The position numbers were made by a program, and so were the translations under genes. A stretch of 62,384 bases of DNA, counting the filler. It is 5 parts of 5 records of this genome, joined end to end, with 100 filler letters (N's around TTAATTAATTAA, not from the genome) between each part and the next. Parts side by side here need not be neighbours in the genome. Positions count along the whole stretch, not along the records: positions 48,592 to 54,538 come from SRR31147125_17053; positions 54,639 to 62,384 come from SRR31147125_17193; 3 more parts are not named here. The stretch is one strand, 5' to 3'. The notes under the pieces are model-generated. The model saw nothing but the letters and a program-made list of their open reading frames with translations. It had not been told where the DNA came from and ran no database searches. Shown piece after piece: positions 52,681 to 62,384 of the stretch; the first letter of the stretch is position 1; the number at the start of each line of letters is the position of its first letter.

Positions 52681-53648
52681 TCCTTTTCAGTAAAAATACG
52701 AAGAACGGACCGCCGATTACCGCCATGATTATACCTGCCGAAATCTCGTAAGGCGCTGCGATCGTCCTTCCCAGCGTGTCGGCTAGCAAAAGAATGAAGG
52801 CCCCCAACAGTATGGAAAAGGGGATTAGTGTCTTATGATTCGATCCGACCAATATCCTTCCAATATGCGGCGCAATCAGGCCAAGAAAGCCTATAACACC
52901 GATAATAGCCGTTGAAATGGAAGCTAGAAGTACAGCGATGCATGATACCGCAAGTCGGCTTTTATCCACATCAACGCCAAGGCTTCGTGCGGTTTTATCC
53001 TCCAACGCTAGCAAGTTGCATTTTTGCGCCATTAAAACTGCAAGGATTAAGCCGACAACGACATACCAGAACAGCGTCCCTACGTCGTCCCATGTTTTCA
53101 TGGTAATATTACCGTTTACGATGGCGGCAACACCTGAAAGATTGCCTCCACTGAACGAATTGAACGCACTAGACAGCCCCACAAACATCGCATTAATCGC
53201 CACACCCACAAGTATGATCCGCGTCGGATTCAGTCCTGCGTTCCATGCGAGGCTGTATACAAGCAGGAATGCCAGTATACCACCAGCAAAAGCAAAGAGC
53301 GGCGTCAGGAAATACAGCGAAGGTGCAAGCGCGGTGATGATAACGGCAGTAAAAGCCGCTCCACTGGATATGCCGATTATACCAGGGTCAGCGATAGGAT
53401 TCTTCATTACTGACTGCATCAGCACCCCTGACACCGCTAAAGCTGCGCCGGCCAGCAGTGAAATCAGAATACGCGGAAAACGCAGGTCGTATATTGTTGC
53501 TACGTTATCGTCATATTCAACAAACAGGCCTCGCAGCAACTGCCCTGGATTCACCTTCAGGCTTCCAAGACTGACCGACACAAAAAAGAATCAGCAACAA
53601 CGTCGCCATGATAATAAAAGACAGTATTTTTCTTTTCTTTTTTGTCAT
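52658..53648 (-). CDS. isdF: Heme ABC transporter permease (FecCD family); frameshift in the T run at 53582-53587, true start ATG 53648
   Basis: DLRFPRI, NPIADPGIIGISSGA, IGFLGLIAPH; upstream MTKKKRKILSF frame overlaps the isdE stop (ATGA). Confidence 0.8.
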
Positions 53649-54526
53649 CCTTCCTCCTCATACAGCATTTCTTGCAAGACCTCAAGTGCATCAGGATAAT
53701 CAAAGTTCGCGCTCATACCAAACAGCTTATACGGCAAATCATATACCTTGTCCTCCTGAACAGCACGAAAATGTTTCCATATATCGTTTTGCTCAAACTC
53801 CTCCGCAAACATTTCCACCACATCATCTGGCAGAGCGTGAGCGGCGCGCAGAATGATATCGGGGTCTCGATTCAGCATGTCTTCGGTGTTGGCTGCGATA
53901 AACTCCTCGGTTTCACCCTCATAGACGTTTATACCGCCCGCCATTTTTACAATACTTCCCACATAAGAATTCTCCGTCGCAACAACGTATGAACCAGGAA
54001 GACCCATCAGCACCAGCACGCGCGGCTGTTCTTTCCCCGCATTCGTGTCCTTATACTCCTCATAAAAGGTATTATATTCCTCAATTAACGCATTGGCTTC
54101 ATCTTCACAGCCTAGCAGTTCTCCCAGATCTTCAATGGAGTTATACATGCCTTCTACGCTCCGCAGGTTCAGAAAGGCGGCGTTAACCCCCACAGCCTCG
54201 TATTTTGGTTTCAGGTCGACTTCAAGGCTGTTCGGACCAAACACCCAATCGGGATCCAGTGATTGGATAATTTCCAAGTCGGGAGACATTGGATACCCAA
54301 CCTCCTGCACATCCTGATATCTTTCAGGCGGCTCACTTAAATCACTATGAGGAATACCAACCAATTCAACGCCCAGCCTATCCATGATTTGCACCGTTGC
54401 CATGGACGTAGCCACGATACGCAGATTATCCGAGCTTTCGGCACTCTCTTCAGGATGCTGATCGACACACGCCGTCAGCGAAAGCGGAAGCATTACAGAC
54501 ATAATTATATATATTATCTTCTTCAT
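53645..54526 (-). CDS. isdE: Heme ABC transporter substrate-binding lipoprotein
   Basis: Lipobox LTAC; VGYPMSPDLE (Met ligand), LMGLPGSY, RAAHALP (His ligand), FGMSA. Confidence 0.85.
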   Translation of the reverse strand: MKKIIYIIMSVMLPLSLTACVDQHPEESAESSDNLRIVATSMATVQIMDRLGVELVGIPHSDLSEPPERYQDVQEVGYPMSPDLEIIQSLDPDWVFGPNSLEVDLKPKYEAVGVNAAFLNLRSVEGMYNSIEDLGELLGCEDEANALIEEYNTFYEEYKDTNAGKEQPRVLVLMGLPGSYVVATENSYVGSIVKMAGGINVYEGETEEFIAANTEDMLNRDPDIILRAAHALPDDVVEMFAEEFEQNDIWKHFRAVQEDKVYDLPYKLFGMSANFDYPDALEVLQEMLYEEEG

Positions 54527-54538
54527 TACTATTCGCTC

Positions 54539-54638
54539 NNNNNNNNNNNNNNNNNNNNNNNNNNNNNNNNNNNNNNNNNNNNTTAATTAATTAANNNNNN
54601 NNNNNNNNNNNNNNNNNNNNNNNNNNNNNNNNNNNNNN
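54539..54638. other. Artificial contig spacer
   Basis: N44-TTAATTAATTAA-N44. Confidence 0.98.
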
Positions 54639-54713
54639 CCCAAATTTTAATTTGGGACGCAGATTGAACTTGTCGTGCATATTACTTTATAACATTGCAT
54701 TAGTGAGGTAAAA

Positions 54714-55607
54714 ATGAAAAACATGATTCTTATCAGTCTGTTAATTCTGTTTTTTTCTGTTGCTGTAAATGGCGCGGATAACACTCCACTGCGCTTACTC
54801 ATCATCGGTGCGCATCCCGATGATGCGGAAAAATCCGGGGGAACAGCTGCAAAATATGTGGCTATGGGACACAAGGTGCAGCTGGTGTCCATGACCAATG
54901 GCGATGCGGGTCACCAAGACATGGGAGGAGGTATCCTGGCAAAGAGACGCACCGAAGAAGCGAGGCAGGCCGGATTGGTCATTGGATCCGAGTACCTGGT
55001 GCTGGATAATCATGACGGCGAGCTGATGCCAACACTGGAAAATCGTAAAGCGGTTATCAGGCTCATCCGGAAATTTCAGCCGGATCTCATTTTTACTCAC
55101 CGTCCAAATGATTATCATCCGGATCACCGATATACCGGGGAACTGGTGCGGGATGCCGCATATATGGTTATGGTGCCCAACATAGTGGCGGATACACCTC
55201 CTTTGAAAAAGAATCCGGTGATTATGTACATGAGCGATCGCTTTACCAAACCTATTCCATTTAAACCGGATGTAGTTGTGGGTATTGATGATGCCATTGA
55301 GAAAAAGATCGATATGTATCACTCTCATGTGTCCCAGTTGTATGAATGGCTGCCCTGGATCAGTGGTAAGCTGGACCAGGTACCGGAGAGCATGGCAGAT
55401 CGTCGAACCTGGCTGGCAGAGAAGAGAGTGAAACCAGGTGCAAAGAGCCTGGCGGATAAATACCGGGACAAGCTAATCGAACTATATGGCAAAGACAGAG
55501 GCACCAAAATCCGATATGCCGAGGCATTTGAGAATTCAGAGTATGGTTCGCCGATCACAGCTGAGAATATAAAGGTTTTGTTTCCGTTTTTTGATAAAAT
55601 GGATTAG
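54714..55607 (+). CDS. Exported PIG-L/LmbE-family de-N-acetylase
   Basis: Signal peptide; GAHPDDAE, TNGDAG, R..EA, DYHPDH. Confidence 0.9.
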   Translation: MKNMILISLLILFFSVAVNGADNTPLRLLIIGAHPDDAEKSGGTAAKYVAMGHKVQLVSMTNGDAGHQDMGGGILAKRRTEEARQAGLVIGSEYLVLDNHDGELMPTLENRKAVIRLIRKFQPDLIFTHRPNDYHPDHRYTGELVRDAAYMVMVPNIVADTPPLKKNPVIMYMSDRFTKPIPFKPDVVVGIDDAIEKKIDMYHSHVSQLYEWLPWISGKLDQVPESMADRRTWLAEKRVKPGAKSLADKYRDKLIELYGKDRGTKIRYAEAFENSEYGSPITAENIKVLFPFFDKMD

Positions 55608-55644
55608 TGCACAGATAATTCATGAATATATATAGAAAAAAATG

Positions 55645-55746
55645 AACCGCCGAGGACGCAAAGATCGCAGAGAAAAAAAGAAATTAAAAGCTCTTTATCC
55701 ATTTTAGCTCTTGCTCTTCTCCGCGTCCTCTGCGATCTCGGCGGTT
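55645..55746. repeat. REP-like long inverted repeat built of 9-nt units
   Basis: AACCGCCGAG-GACGCAAAG-ATCGCAGAG...CTCCGCGTC-CTCTGCGAT-CTCGGCGGTT around an AT-rich loop. Confidence 0.75.
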
Positions 55747-55853
55747 AAAAAGAGTATCCCAATTATTTTTGATTATGGTTGGTTTGAAACTAATCCGTAA
55801 TATATTTTAGAAATTCAGGACCATGTGCAACAACCAGGAAAGGTCAGGATGAA

Positions 55854-57500
55854 ATGAGATATTTATTCTGTTTGTTCGTTCTAATTTTTATGATAATACC
55901 CGGACTGGGAATTGAGAAGACATTTGCACAGGATAGCGGTGAGATCCAGGCAACCGTGATAGATGCGGAATCCGGTGAACCCGCACGCGCCCGCGTATAT
56001 GTGACGGATTGGGCTGGCCAGCCGGTGTTTGATGCGGATGGCATTCCGTTTATCAGAGAAACGTCCACAGATTCTGCGGAACAACATTTTACTACCCGGT
56101 CCGGCACGTTTAAAGTGACTGTGCCATCGGGCACAACTCATATTCAGATATACCGCGGACCGGAATATACCCCGATTTACGATACAGTAAATGTCAAGGC
56201 AGGTGAAACCGTTAAGAAAAAGTATACCTTGAAACGCTGGATGAACATGGCAAAGCGGGGATGGTATTCGGGCGATTTTCATATCCACCGGCCTTTGCAG
56301 GATATGAAGGATCTTGTTCTAGCAGAAGATCTCAATGTTGCCTTGCCGCAAACCTATTGGAATGCCCGGTCCGATTCGCTCCTGGATGATTATATAACAA
56401 AATCCGATAAAGATGGTGTTATTTATGCTGATCCTTCTCATCTTTTCACTGTTGTCGGTGAGGAAATTGAACGCTATGGCGGTGCGATTTTGCTTACCAA
56501 TCTGGGCAAGACAGTGATACCGTTTGAGAATTTGAGCGTCAGGGTACCCACAGATGTCTCTCTGATCCGGAAAACCCATGAACTGGGCGGTTATGTGGAT
56601 ATCGAAAAACCGTTCTGGCGGGAAGCCATTGTCAATGCGGCTGTGGGCAAGGCGGATTTTATTGAAGTGGTCCATAACCATATCAACCGGTTGGGCAGCC
56701 TCAATAGTCCGGCCTGGGGCTGGAGTCGGTCCACTTACAGACCAGACTATTCCACGGATATTGCCGGTCTGGTTTATTACAGTCTGGACATCTATTACGG
56801 ATTACTGAATTGCGGTTTACGTCTGGCTCCAACCGCCGGTTCTGCTTCCGGTGTGCTTCCCAATCCTGTTGGTTACAACCGGGTTTACGTTCACACAGGA
56901 TCGTTTTTTTCACTCAAAAGCTGGTTTGAAAATCTAAAAGCAGGACGGTGTTTTGCCACAAACGGGCCTCTCTTGTTTTTTAAAGTGAACGACCGCGAAC
57001 CCGGTGAAAATATCAGGAAGGATTCTCCTTTTAAAGCCAATATTGACATTGAGATCTATTCCAGAACAACGCCGGAATATGTGGAACTTGTTCTAAACGG
57101 TTATGTGGTCGACCGGTTTTTCCCCGAGCCTGGTTCAAAACCATTTTATTACAAGATAGAAGAATCACGTGAAATTAAGGAAAGCAGCTGGCTGGCGGTC
57201 CGGTGTTTTGAAAAGGTTACGCCACAAAAAATAAAATATGCCCATACAGCTCCTGTATATATCGATATTAAAGATAAACCATTACCCATAGATCGCAGAG
57301 CTGTTTCATTTTTCATCGAAAGAGTTGAAGCGTTGATCGAGGAAGCTGAAACAGGAAAAGCTGTGCACAGATCAGATGAACAATTTTACAGAGGTTTTTT
57401 GCAAAACATCGGATTTGAAAATGAAACGGATAAACAGGCGACATTAACCATTTACAGGGAGGCTCTGGCGTTTTACCAGAGTTTACTGGAAAGGAATTAA
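55854..57500 (+). CDS. Exported PHP-like (CehA/McbA-type) metallohydrolase
   Basis: RGPEY, GWYSGDFHIH, YYGLLNCG.R...AGSASG, VGYNRVYV, GRCFATNGP, AHTAPVY. Confidence 0.78.
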   Translation: MRYLFCLFVLIFMIIPGLGIEKTFAQDSGEIQATVIDAESGEPARARVYVTDWAGQPVFDADGIPFIRETSTDSAEQHFTTRSGTFKVTVPSGTTHIQIYRGPEYTPIYDTVNVKAGETVKKKYTLKRWMNMAKRGWYSGDFHIHRPLQDMKDLVLAEDLNVALPQTYWNARSDSLLDDYITKSDKDGVIYADPSHLFTVVGEEIERYGGAILLTNLGKTVIPFENLSVRVPTDVSLIRKTHELGGYVDIEKPFWREAIVNAAVGKADFIEVVHNHINRLGSLNSPAWGWSRSTYRPDYSTDIAGLVYYSLDIYYGLLNCGLRLAPTAGSASGVLPNPVGYNRVYVHTGSFFSLKSWFENLKAGRCFATNGPLLFFKVNDREPGENIRKDSPFKANIDIEIYSRTTPEYVELVLNGYVVDRFFPEPGSKPFYYKIEESREIKESSWLAVRCFEKVTPQKIKYAHTAPVYIDIKDKPLPIDRRAVSFFIERVEALIEEAETGKAVHRSDEQFYRGFLQNIGFENETDKQATLTIYREALAFYQSLLERN

Positions 57501-57687
57501 CGCTTTTTTCATCTTTGCATTTGTCAGGGATATGGGAGATGAACAGAAATTTTCAACTGTAGATGCAAAGTAACAGCTGCCTTTACGGTATGGAGGGGAT
57601 AAATATCCCGATTTATTTCGCATCCGACATGGATATGCAGGACGATCTGAATTTTAGATAAAAAAGATTACCTTTTAGGAGAAAAAA

Positions 57688-60042
57688 ATGAAAACACATT
57701 TTTTGATCAGATTTGTCAGTGCCAGTCTGTTTTTTTACTTTTTATTAACCAGTGCCTTATTTGCACAAACCAATAAAATAACAGGCATTTTCCCAATACC
57801 ACAGGAATGTGAGACTCTCAGTGGTTTTTTCGACCTGGATGAAGAAACGGTAATATTATTGCCGGAAAAAACATCTGAAAACGATCTGTTCCTGGCGCGA
57901 TCTCTTGTCAGTTTCTTGAGCGATCGTTATGGTCTGGCACTCAGGATGGAGCGGGCCGCAAAAATAACGGATGGCAAGAGTGTTATCCTGATGGGTTCTC
58001 TGGATAATCCCCTGGTGAAAACGTTTTGTAAGCGTGAAAACGTGAATATAACACCGGAAAATCCGGGTTCTGAGGGTTATATCCTGCACGTCCGTAAAAA
58101 CCAGGTTATCGTCGCAGGATGTGATAATCGGGGCGCCTTTTATGGCTTGCAGTCTCTACGTCAAATAATAAAAGAAAAAAAGAGTTTTCAGATTCCCTGT
58201 ATTCAGGTACGGGATTGGCCGCACATGCCATTCAGAGGGATCCGATTGTACATTCCGGGACGTGATAATATCCCTTTTTTCAAAAGATTTATCAGAGATT
58301 TTATGGCGCTTTACAAATACAATAAGGTTATTCTGGAAGTGAATGCGTGCATGAGATTCGATAAACATCCGGAGCTCAATGCCGGAGCCAGAGAATTCGC
58401 CAAAGACCTGCATTACACCCGCCGCGGTCGCCCTGCCGGTCCCAATGATGAGTTTCAGGATTCGGCCCATCATGATGCCGGTGATGGTGATATTCTGGAA
58501 AAGCAGGAAGTAAAAGACCTGGTGCAGTATGCCAGGAAACATTACATTGACGTGATTCCGGAAATCCCTTCTCTTACCCACACTTATTATATGTTGACCC
58601 AGCACCGGGACCTGGCGGAAGTCTCCAATGCGGAATGGCCGGATACCTATTGTCCTTCAAATCCGGATTCCTACAAACTCTTATTTGATATTTTCGATGA
58701 ATATATAGAGGTGATACAACCGAACATGATTCATATCGGCCATGATGAATGGCGAATGGATATGAATGTCTGTCCCCGATGCAAGGGAAAAGATTACACC
58801 CAATTATTCGCCCGGGATGTGAACAAAATATATGATTATTTAACGGCAAAAGGTATTAAAGTGGCTATGTGGGGAGACCACTTTTTAGAGAGTGTGAGGG
58901 AACGTGGTTTCAGAGAGCGGATATCATCCTCCGGATATAAATACAACATACCAGGCGGACTCGCACCGGACCTGGTAAAAGAAGCTATTCCAAAAGATAT
59001 TTTGATCTTTAACTGGTTCTGGGGTGAGCAGGAAAATGACCAACAGGTCAATGAATTTGGTTTTAAACAGATCTATGGTAATTTTAAACCCAATATCAGT
59101 GACTGGAGTACGCGTGTCAAAGAAGTTCCGGTTTTGGGTGGCGCGCCGTCCTCATGGGCAGCAACAACCGAGTTTAATATTGGCAAGGATCTTCTTTACG
59201 ATTTTCTGGGTTGTGCCAATCTGCTGTGGTCGCAGCATAAAATGTCCGAGCAGGAACTCACAGATACCGTACAATATGTGGCAGGTAAAGTACGCCGTAA
59301 TCTAAGTGGAAAATCTGTCCCCAGTGAAGAAATTGATTCAATAGCACCCGTTGATATTGCTCCATATTGTAATCTCTCTTTGCAGGAAAGCGTCTTTGGA
59401 ACTCATATTGGAGCCGTCAAAAGTGGCCCTGTTCGTAGCGGAAACCAGGTTTTTGAATTGATTAATCCGCAAAAAAACGAAAAAAAATCAGCCGTTATTG
59501 TCGGTTCACAAGGTGAAGGGGAAAATCCCTATACAAGAGGAGTCAAAGGTCTCAAAATTGACAAAGATGTCAGCAGTGTGATCTTTTTACATGCAAGTGC
59601 CAGGAGTGCTCTGAATAGTAAGGCATATCGTAAAATTTATAATTTTGACGATACATCCGATCTGTTGGGATGGTATGAAATTGTCTATGAAGATGAATAT
59701 ATCGAGACGATCCCGATTCGTTATGGTGTCAATATTCTGGAATGGAACGCGGGCGTGGATGTGGACAGTAAAAAATGGGAGGGTAAAACCGGGGCACCGC
59801 AGAACACTTATTGCTATATGGCAGATCCTGTTAACTGTTCGTCTATGCAAGAAAATCCAGTAAAATTTTATGCGTTCGAGTGGGTTAATACGCGCTTTGG
59901 CAAAAAAATTAAAGAGATTCATTTAAAAGGGACTGTCGATTACCGGAATTATAAAGACGAGATCATTCCTGCTAATGCGATTATACTGGCCGCGGTGAGT
60001 GTCGTAGAAAAGAAAGATATATCAACAGCAAGAGCTCGTTAA
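57688..60042 (+). CDS. GH20-family beta-N-acetylhexosaminidase-like protein
   Basis: GH20b domain (IFPIPQ, EGYIL, GAFYGLQSLRQ, RDWP..PFRG), VIPEIPSLTH, catalytic IHIGHDE. Confidence 0.85.
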   Translation: MKTHFLIRFVSASLFFYFLLTSALFAQTNKITGIFPIPQECETLSGFFDLDEETVILLPEKTSENDLFLARSLVSFLSDRYGLALRMERAAKITDGKSVILMGSLDNPLVKTFCKRENVNITPENPGSEGYILHVRKNQVIVAGCDNRGAFYGLQSLRQIIKEKKSFQIPCIQVRDWPHMPFRGIRLYIPGRDNIPFFKRFIRDFMALYKYNKVILEVNACMRFDKHPELNAGAREFAKDLHYTRRGRPAGPNDEFQDSAHHDAGDGDILEKQEVKDLVQYARKHYIDVIPEIPSLTHTYYMLTQHRDLAEVSNAEWPDTYCPSNPDSYKLLFDIFDEYIEVIQPNMIHIGHDEWRMDMNVCPRCKGKDYTQLFARDVNKIYDYLTAKGIKVAMWGDHFLESVRERGFRERISSSGYKYNIPGGLAPDLVKEAIPKDILIFNWFWGEQENDQQVNEFGFKQIYGNFKPNISDWSTRVKEVPVLGGAPSSWAATTEFNIGKDLLYDFLGCANLLWSQHKMSEQELTDTVQYVAGKVRRNLSGKSVPSEEIDSIAPVDIAPYCNLSLQESVFGTHIGAVKSGPVRSGNQVFELINPQKNEKKSAVIVGSQGEGENPYTRGVKGLKIDKDVSSVIFLHASARSALNSKAYRKIYNFDDTSDLLGWYEIVYEDEYIETIPIRYGVNILEWNAGVDVDSKKWEGKTGAPQNTYCYMADPVNCSSMQENPVKFYAFEWVNTRFGKKIKEIHLKGTVDYRNYKDEIIPANAIILAAVSVVEKKDISTARAR

Positions 60043-60100
60043 CAGAATCTATTTTACCATATTTTCAGATAGGGATCATAATTTTAGGAGGGATACCATA

Positions 60101-62332
60101 ATGAAAAATTTTTGCTCTAGTCGTAAAACAAGACCGCTTTTAGTCATAATAAATGTCCTGATTTTTATCAGTTTTTCGTTTTTGATTTTACCTAACAGGG
60201 CCATAGCAGAGGATGAAAATCTCCGGGTTCTGGACAGATGGATGAAATACACAGATGCGGAGAATTCTCTTTATCATCATCTAAGTTCGTTGGCTATAAA
60301 CCACCTTGAGCAAAGAAAGTCTGAAATTGCAGGACTCGACTCTAAAGACCAGTGGCTAAAAAGACAAAAAGACGTTAGGAAAAAGTTATTTGACATCGTC
60401 GGACCTTTTCCTGAGAAAACACCTCTAAAGGCGCAGATTCTTGCAAAGGTGAAGAAAGAGGATTATACTCTTGAAAAGATCGTTTATGAATCCATGCCGA
60501 ATTTTTACGTGACCGCCTGTCTTTTTGTTCCGGATGGCCTCAAAGGTAAAACTCCGGCTGTTTTGTTCTGCAGCGGTCACAGCGCCCAGGCATTTCGTCG
60601 TGATATTTATCAACAGACACTTCTTAATCTGGTTAAAAAGGGATTTATTGTTCTGGCTTTTGATCCCATTGGCCAGGGAGAGAGACTGCAATATTACGAT
60701 GCAAACATTGGCGAGTCACGGATTGGCGGCTCGACTTTGGAGCATTCGTATCCGGGAGCGCAATGTTTTATCGCCGGTTATTCTGTTGCCCGTTATTTTA
60801 TCTGGGATGGCATACGAGGGATCGATTACCTTTTATCGCGACCGGAGGTCGATCCGGACCGGATTGGCTGTCATGGATTGTCAGGCGGGGGAACCCAATC
60901 GTCCTATATCGCTGCGTTTGATGAGCGCGTCAAAGCTGTTGCGCCTGCAGGTTATATAACCAGTTTTCGTAAACTCTTTGAGTCCATAGGACCGCAGGAT
61001 GCGGAACAGAATCTGTTCGGTTTTGTTGCCAACGGATTGGATCACGCTGATTTGCTGGAAGTCAGGGTGCCCAAGCCTGCCCTTATTGTTGCCACGACAA
61101 GAGATTTTTTCAGTATTCAGGGATCAAGAGAAACCTTTAAAGAAGTACAAAAAGTTTATCAATTTTTTGGCAAAGAAGATAATATTGCCATATGCGAAGA
61201 TGATTATGTGCATGGTTATACAACTAGAAACCGTGAAGCCATATATGCCTTTTTTCAAAAACATCTGGATCTGCCTGGCGATGCGACAGACGAGAAGGTG
61301 GATTATCTCACTACCCGGGAATTGCAGGTAACGCCAACGGGCCAGATTTCTACTTCTTATAACTCGAAAACAGTGTATGACCTGAATAAATCTAAAAGTC
61401 AGGAACTATTAAGCAATCAGGAAAAATCACGACAGAATCCTGACAGAGGTATCGAGGAAGTAAAAAATTCAGCAAAAGAATTATCCGGTTTTGTCTATCC
61501 GGACAAATCCTCTGACGTCGTTTTTACCGGCCGATATCAGAGACAGGGATATTCGGTGGAAAAATATTTTATTCAGGGTGAAGGCGATTATATTATTCCT
61601 TTTCTTTTAATGGTTCCGGATGGAGACGTGCACATAGGAACTGTCATTTACCTGCATCCGGAAGGCAAAAGTGCGGGAGCGTCTCCTGGCGGAGAAATGG
61701 AATGGTTTGTGAAAAAGGGTTATGTAGTTTTATCTCCGGATTTAATAGGTACTGGAGAAATGGGCCCCGGTGGTTACAAAGGGGACGCGTATAACTTTAA
61801 AGTGGGGCGCGCATCGTTTAATATCTGGTTTGCGGCCATACAAATATCCAGGAGTATTGTGGGAATCCAGGCTGGTGATCTTGAACGAGTTGTCAATTAT
61901 TTGAAATCCCGCCAGGATGTAAAACGGGACAACATCCTTGCTGTGGCCAGGGGTAATATGTGCCCTGTTTTATTACATACAGCAGCACTGGATAACTCTA
62001 TAAACAGAGTCGCTCTTGTGGAACCGATGCTGTCGTATCGTTCCATAGCGATGAATCCATATTATAAACCATCATTTGTCCTTGCCAGTATTCCGGGCTC
62101 TTTGGGTATTTATGATTTACCTGACCTGTCTGCGTGTCTTGCTCCGCGACCGTTATTGATGGTTAATGTAACGGATCAAAATGGTCATCGAGCCAAAGAA
62201 AAGGCTGTAGATCAAGAGATGAGTATTGTCAAAAACGCATATCAGAAGGCGAATGCCAGTGCACAATTACAGATCACAACACTGGAGGCGCATGACACGA
62301 TGGATAAATTACTGACGGACTGGATCAAATGA
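60101..62332 (+). CDS. Two-domain alpha/beta-hydrolase (acetylxylan esterase-like)
   Basis: Signal peptide; CSGH, DPIGQGER, GLSGGG nucleophile elbow, DAEQ, HGY; second degenerate hydrolase domain. Confidence 0.85.
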   Translation: MKNFCSSRKTRPLLVIINVLIFISFSFLILPNRAIAEDENLRVLDRWMKYTDAENSLYHHLSSLAINHLEQRKSEIAGLDSKDQWLKRQKDVRKKLFDIVGPFPEKTPLKAQILAKVKKEDYTLEKIVYESMPNFYVTACLFVPDGLKGKTPAVLFCSGHSAQAFRRDIYQQTLLNLVKKGFIVLAFDPIGQGERLQYYDANIGESRIGGSTLEHSYPGAQCFIAGYSVARYFIWDGIRGIDYLLSRPEVDPDRIGCHGLSGGGTQSSYIAAFDERVKAVAPAGYITSFRKLFESIGPQDAEQNLFGFVANGLDHADLLEVRVPKPALIVATTRDFFSIQGSRETFKEVQKVYQFFGKEDNIAICEDDYVHGYTTRNREAIYAFFQKHLDLPGDATDEKVDYLTTRELQVTPTGQISTSYNSKTVYDLNKSKSQELLSNQEKSRQNPDRGIEEVKNSAKELSGFVYPDKSSDVVFTGRYQRQGYSVEKYFIQGEGDYIIPFLLMVPDGDVHIGTVIYLHPEGKSAGASPGGEMEWFVKKGYVVLSPDLIGTGEMGPGGYKGDAYNFKVGRASFNIWFAAIQISRSIVGIQAGDLERVVNYLKSRQDVKRDNILAVARGNMCPVLLHTAALDNSINRVALVEPMLSYRSIAMNPYYKPSFVLASIPGSLGIYDLPDLSACLAPRPLLMVNVTDQNGHRAKEKAVDQEMSIVKNAYQKANASAQLQITTLEAHDTMDKLLTDWIK

Positions 62333-62366
62333 CAGAGAAATGTTTATTGTTATTAATTCTGATCGC

Positions 62367-62384
62367 CCCGGGAATCCTCCCGGG
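62367..62384. repeat. GC-rich REP-like palindrome at the contig end
   Basis: CCCGGGA-ATCC-TCCCGGG. Confidence 0.45.

Noticed and set aside
52917-53699. 260-aa plus-strand ORF and other antisense ORFs (e.g. 2731-3141, 29045-29431, 54795-55328, 58156-58605)
   Set aside because: Shadow frames opposite well-supported genes, with no recognisable motifs
1-62384. rRNA, tRNA, CRISPR arrays, integrases or transposases
   Set aside because: None recognised by eye; a covariance-model scan would be needed to exclude small RNAs

Overview
The window is not one locus. It is five contigs joined by 100-bp N/TTAATTAATTAA/N spacers (14463-14562, 36277-36376, 48492-48591, 54539-54638), and gene content and composition suggest several organisms. 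(1) 1-14462 is very AT-rich and Acholeplasmatales/Izemoplasmatales-like by inference. It carries an O-antigen-ligase-like protein, amtB, a 1704-aa Ig-repeat/beta-helix/Amidase_2 lipoprotein and a LacI-linked GH130/DUF1861 sugar cluster. (2) 14563-36276 is a Gram-negative FCB-type housekeeping block: panB, panC, waaA, mtnA, uppS, TamB-like, bamA, skp, lpxD, lpxC-fabZ, lpxA, lipoate ligase, dxr, rseP. It ends in the 5' end of a probable group IIC intron placed just behind a terminator. (3) 36377-48491 is an AT-rich, Clostridia-like accessory region and the most interesting part. A double radical-SAM/SPASM enzyme lies between two HEAT-repeat proteins that both end in His-x-Asp tails closing with H-x-D-x-G-I-G-L. 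Next to them are an unannotated XRE-like regulator and a Ser/Thr kinase-LRR receptor. A palindrome GTGTGCA-N3-TGCACAC occurs three times, each exactly 21 nt upstream of a -10 box. Together these suggest a regulated protein-tail-modifying radical SAM system (inference). (4) 48592-54538 holds GldF/GldG-like ABC components and an isdE-isdF-ATPase heme transporter. (5) 54639-62384 holds a PIG-L deacetylase, a PHP-like metallohydrolase, a GH20 and an esterase, with REP-like hairpins. Several genes carry homopolymer frameshifts that are probably sequencing errors.
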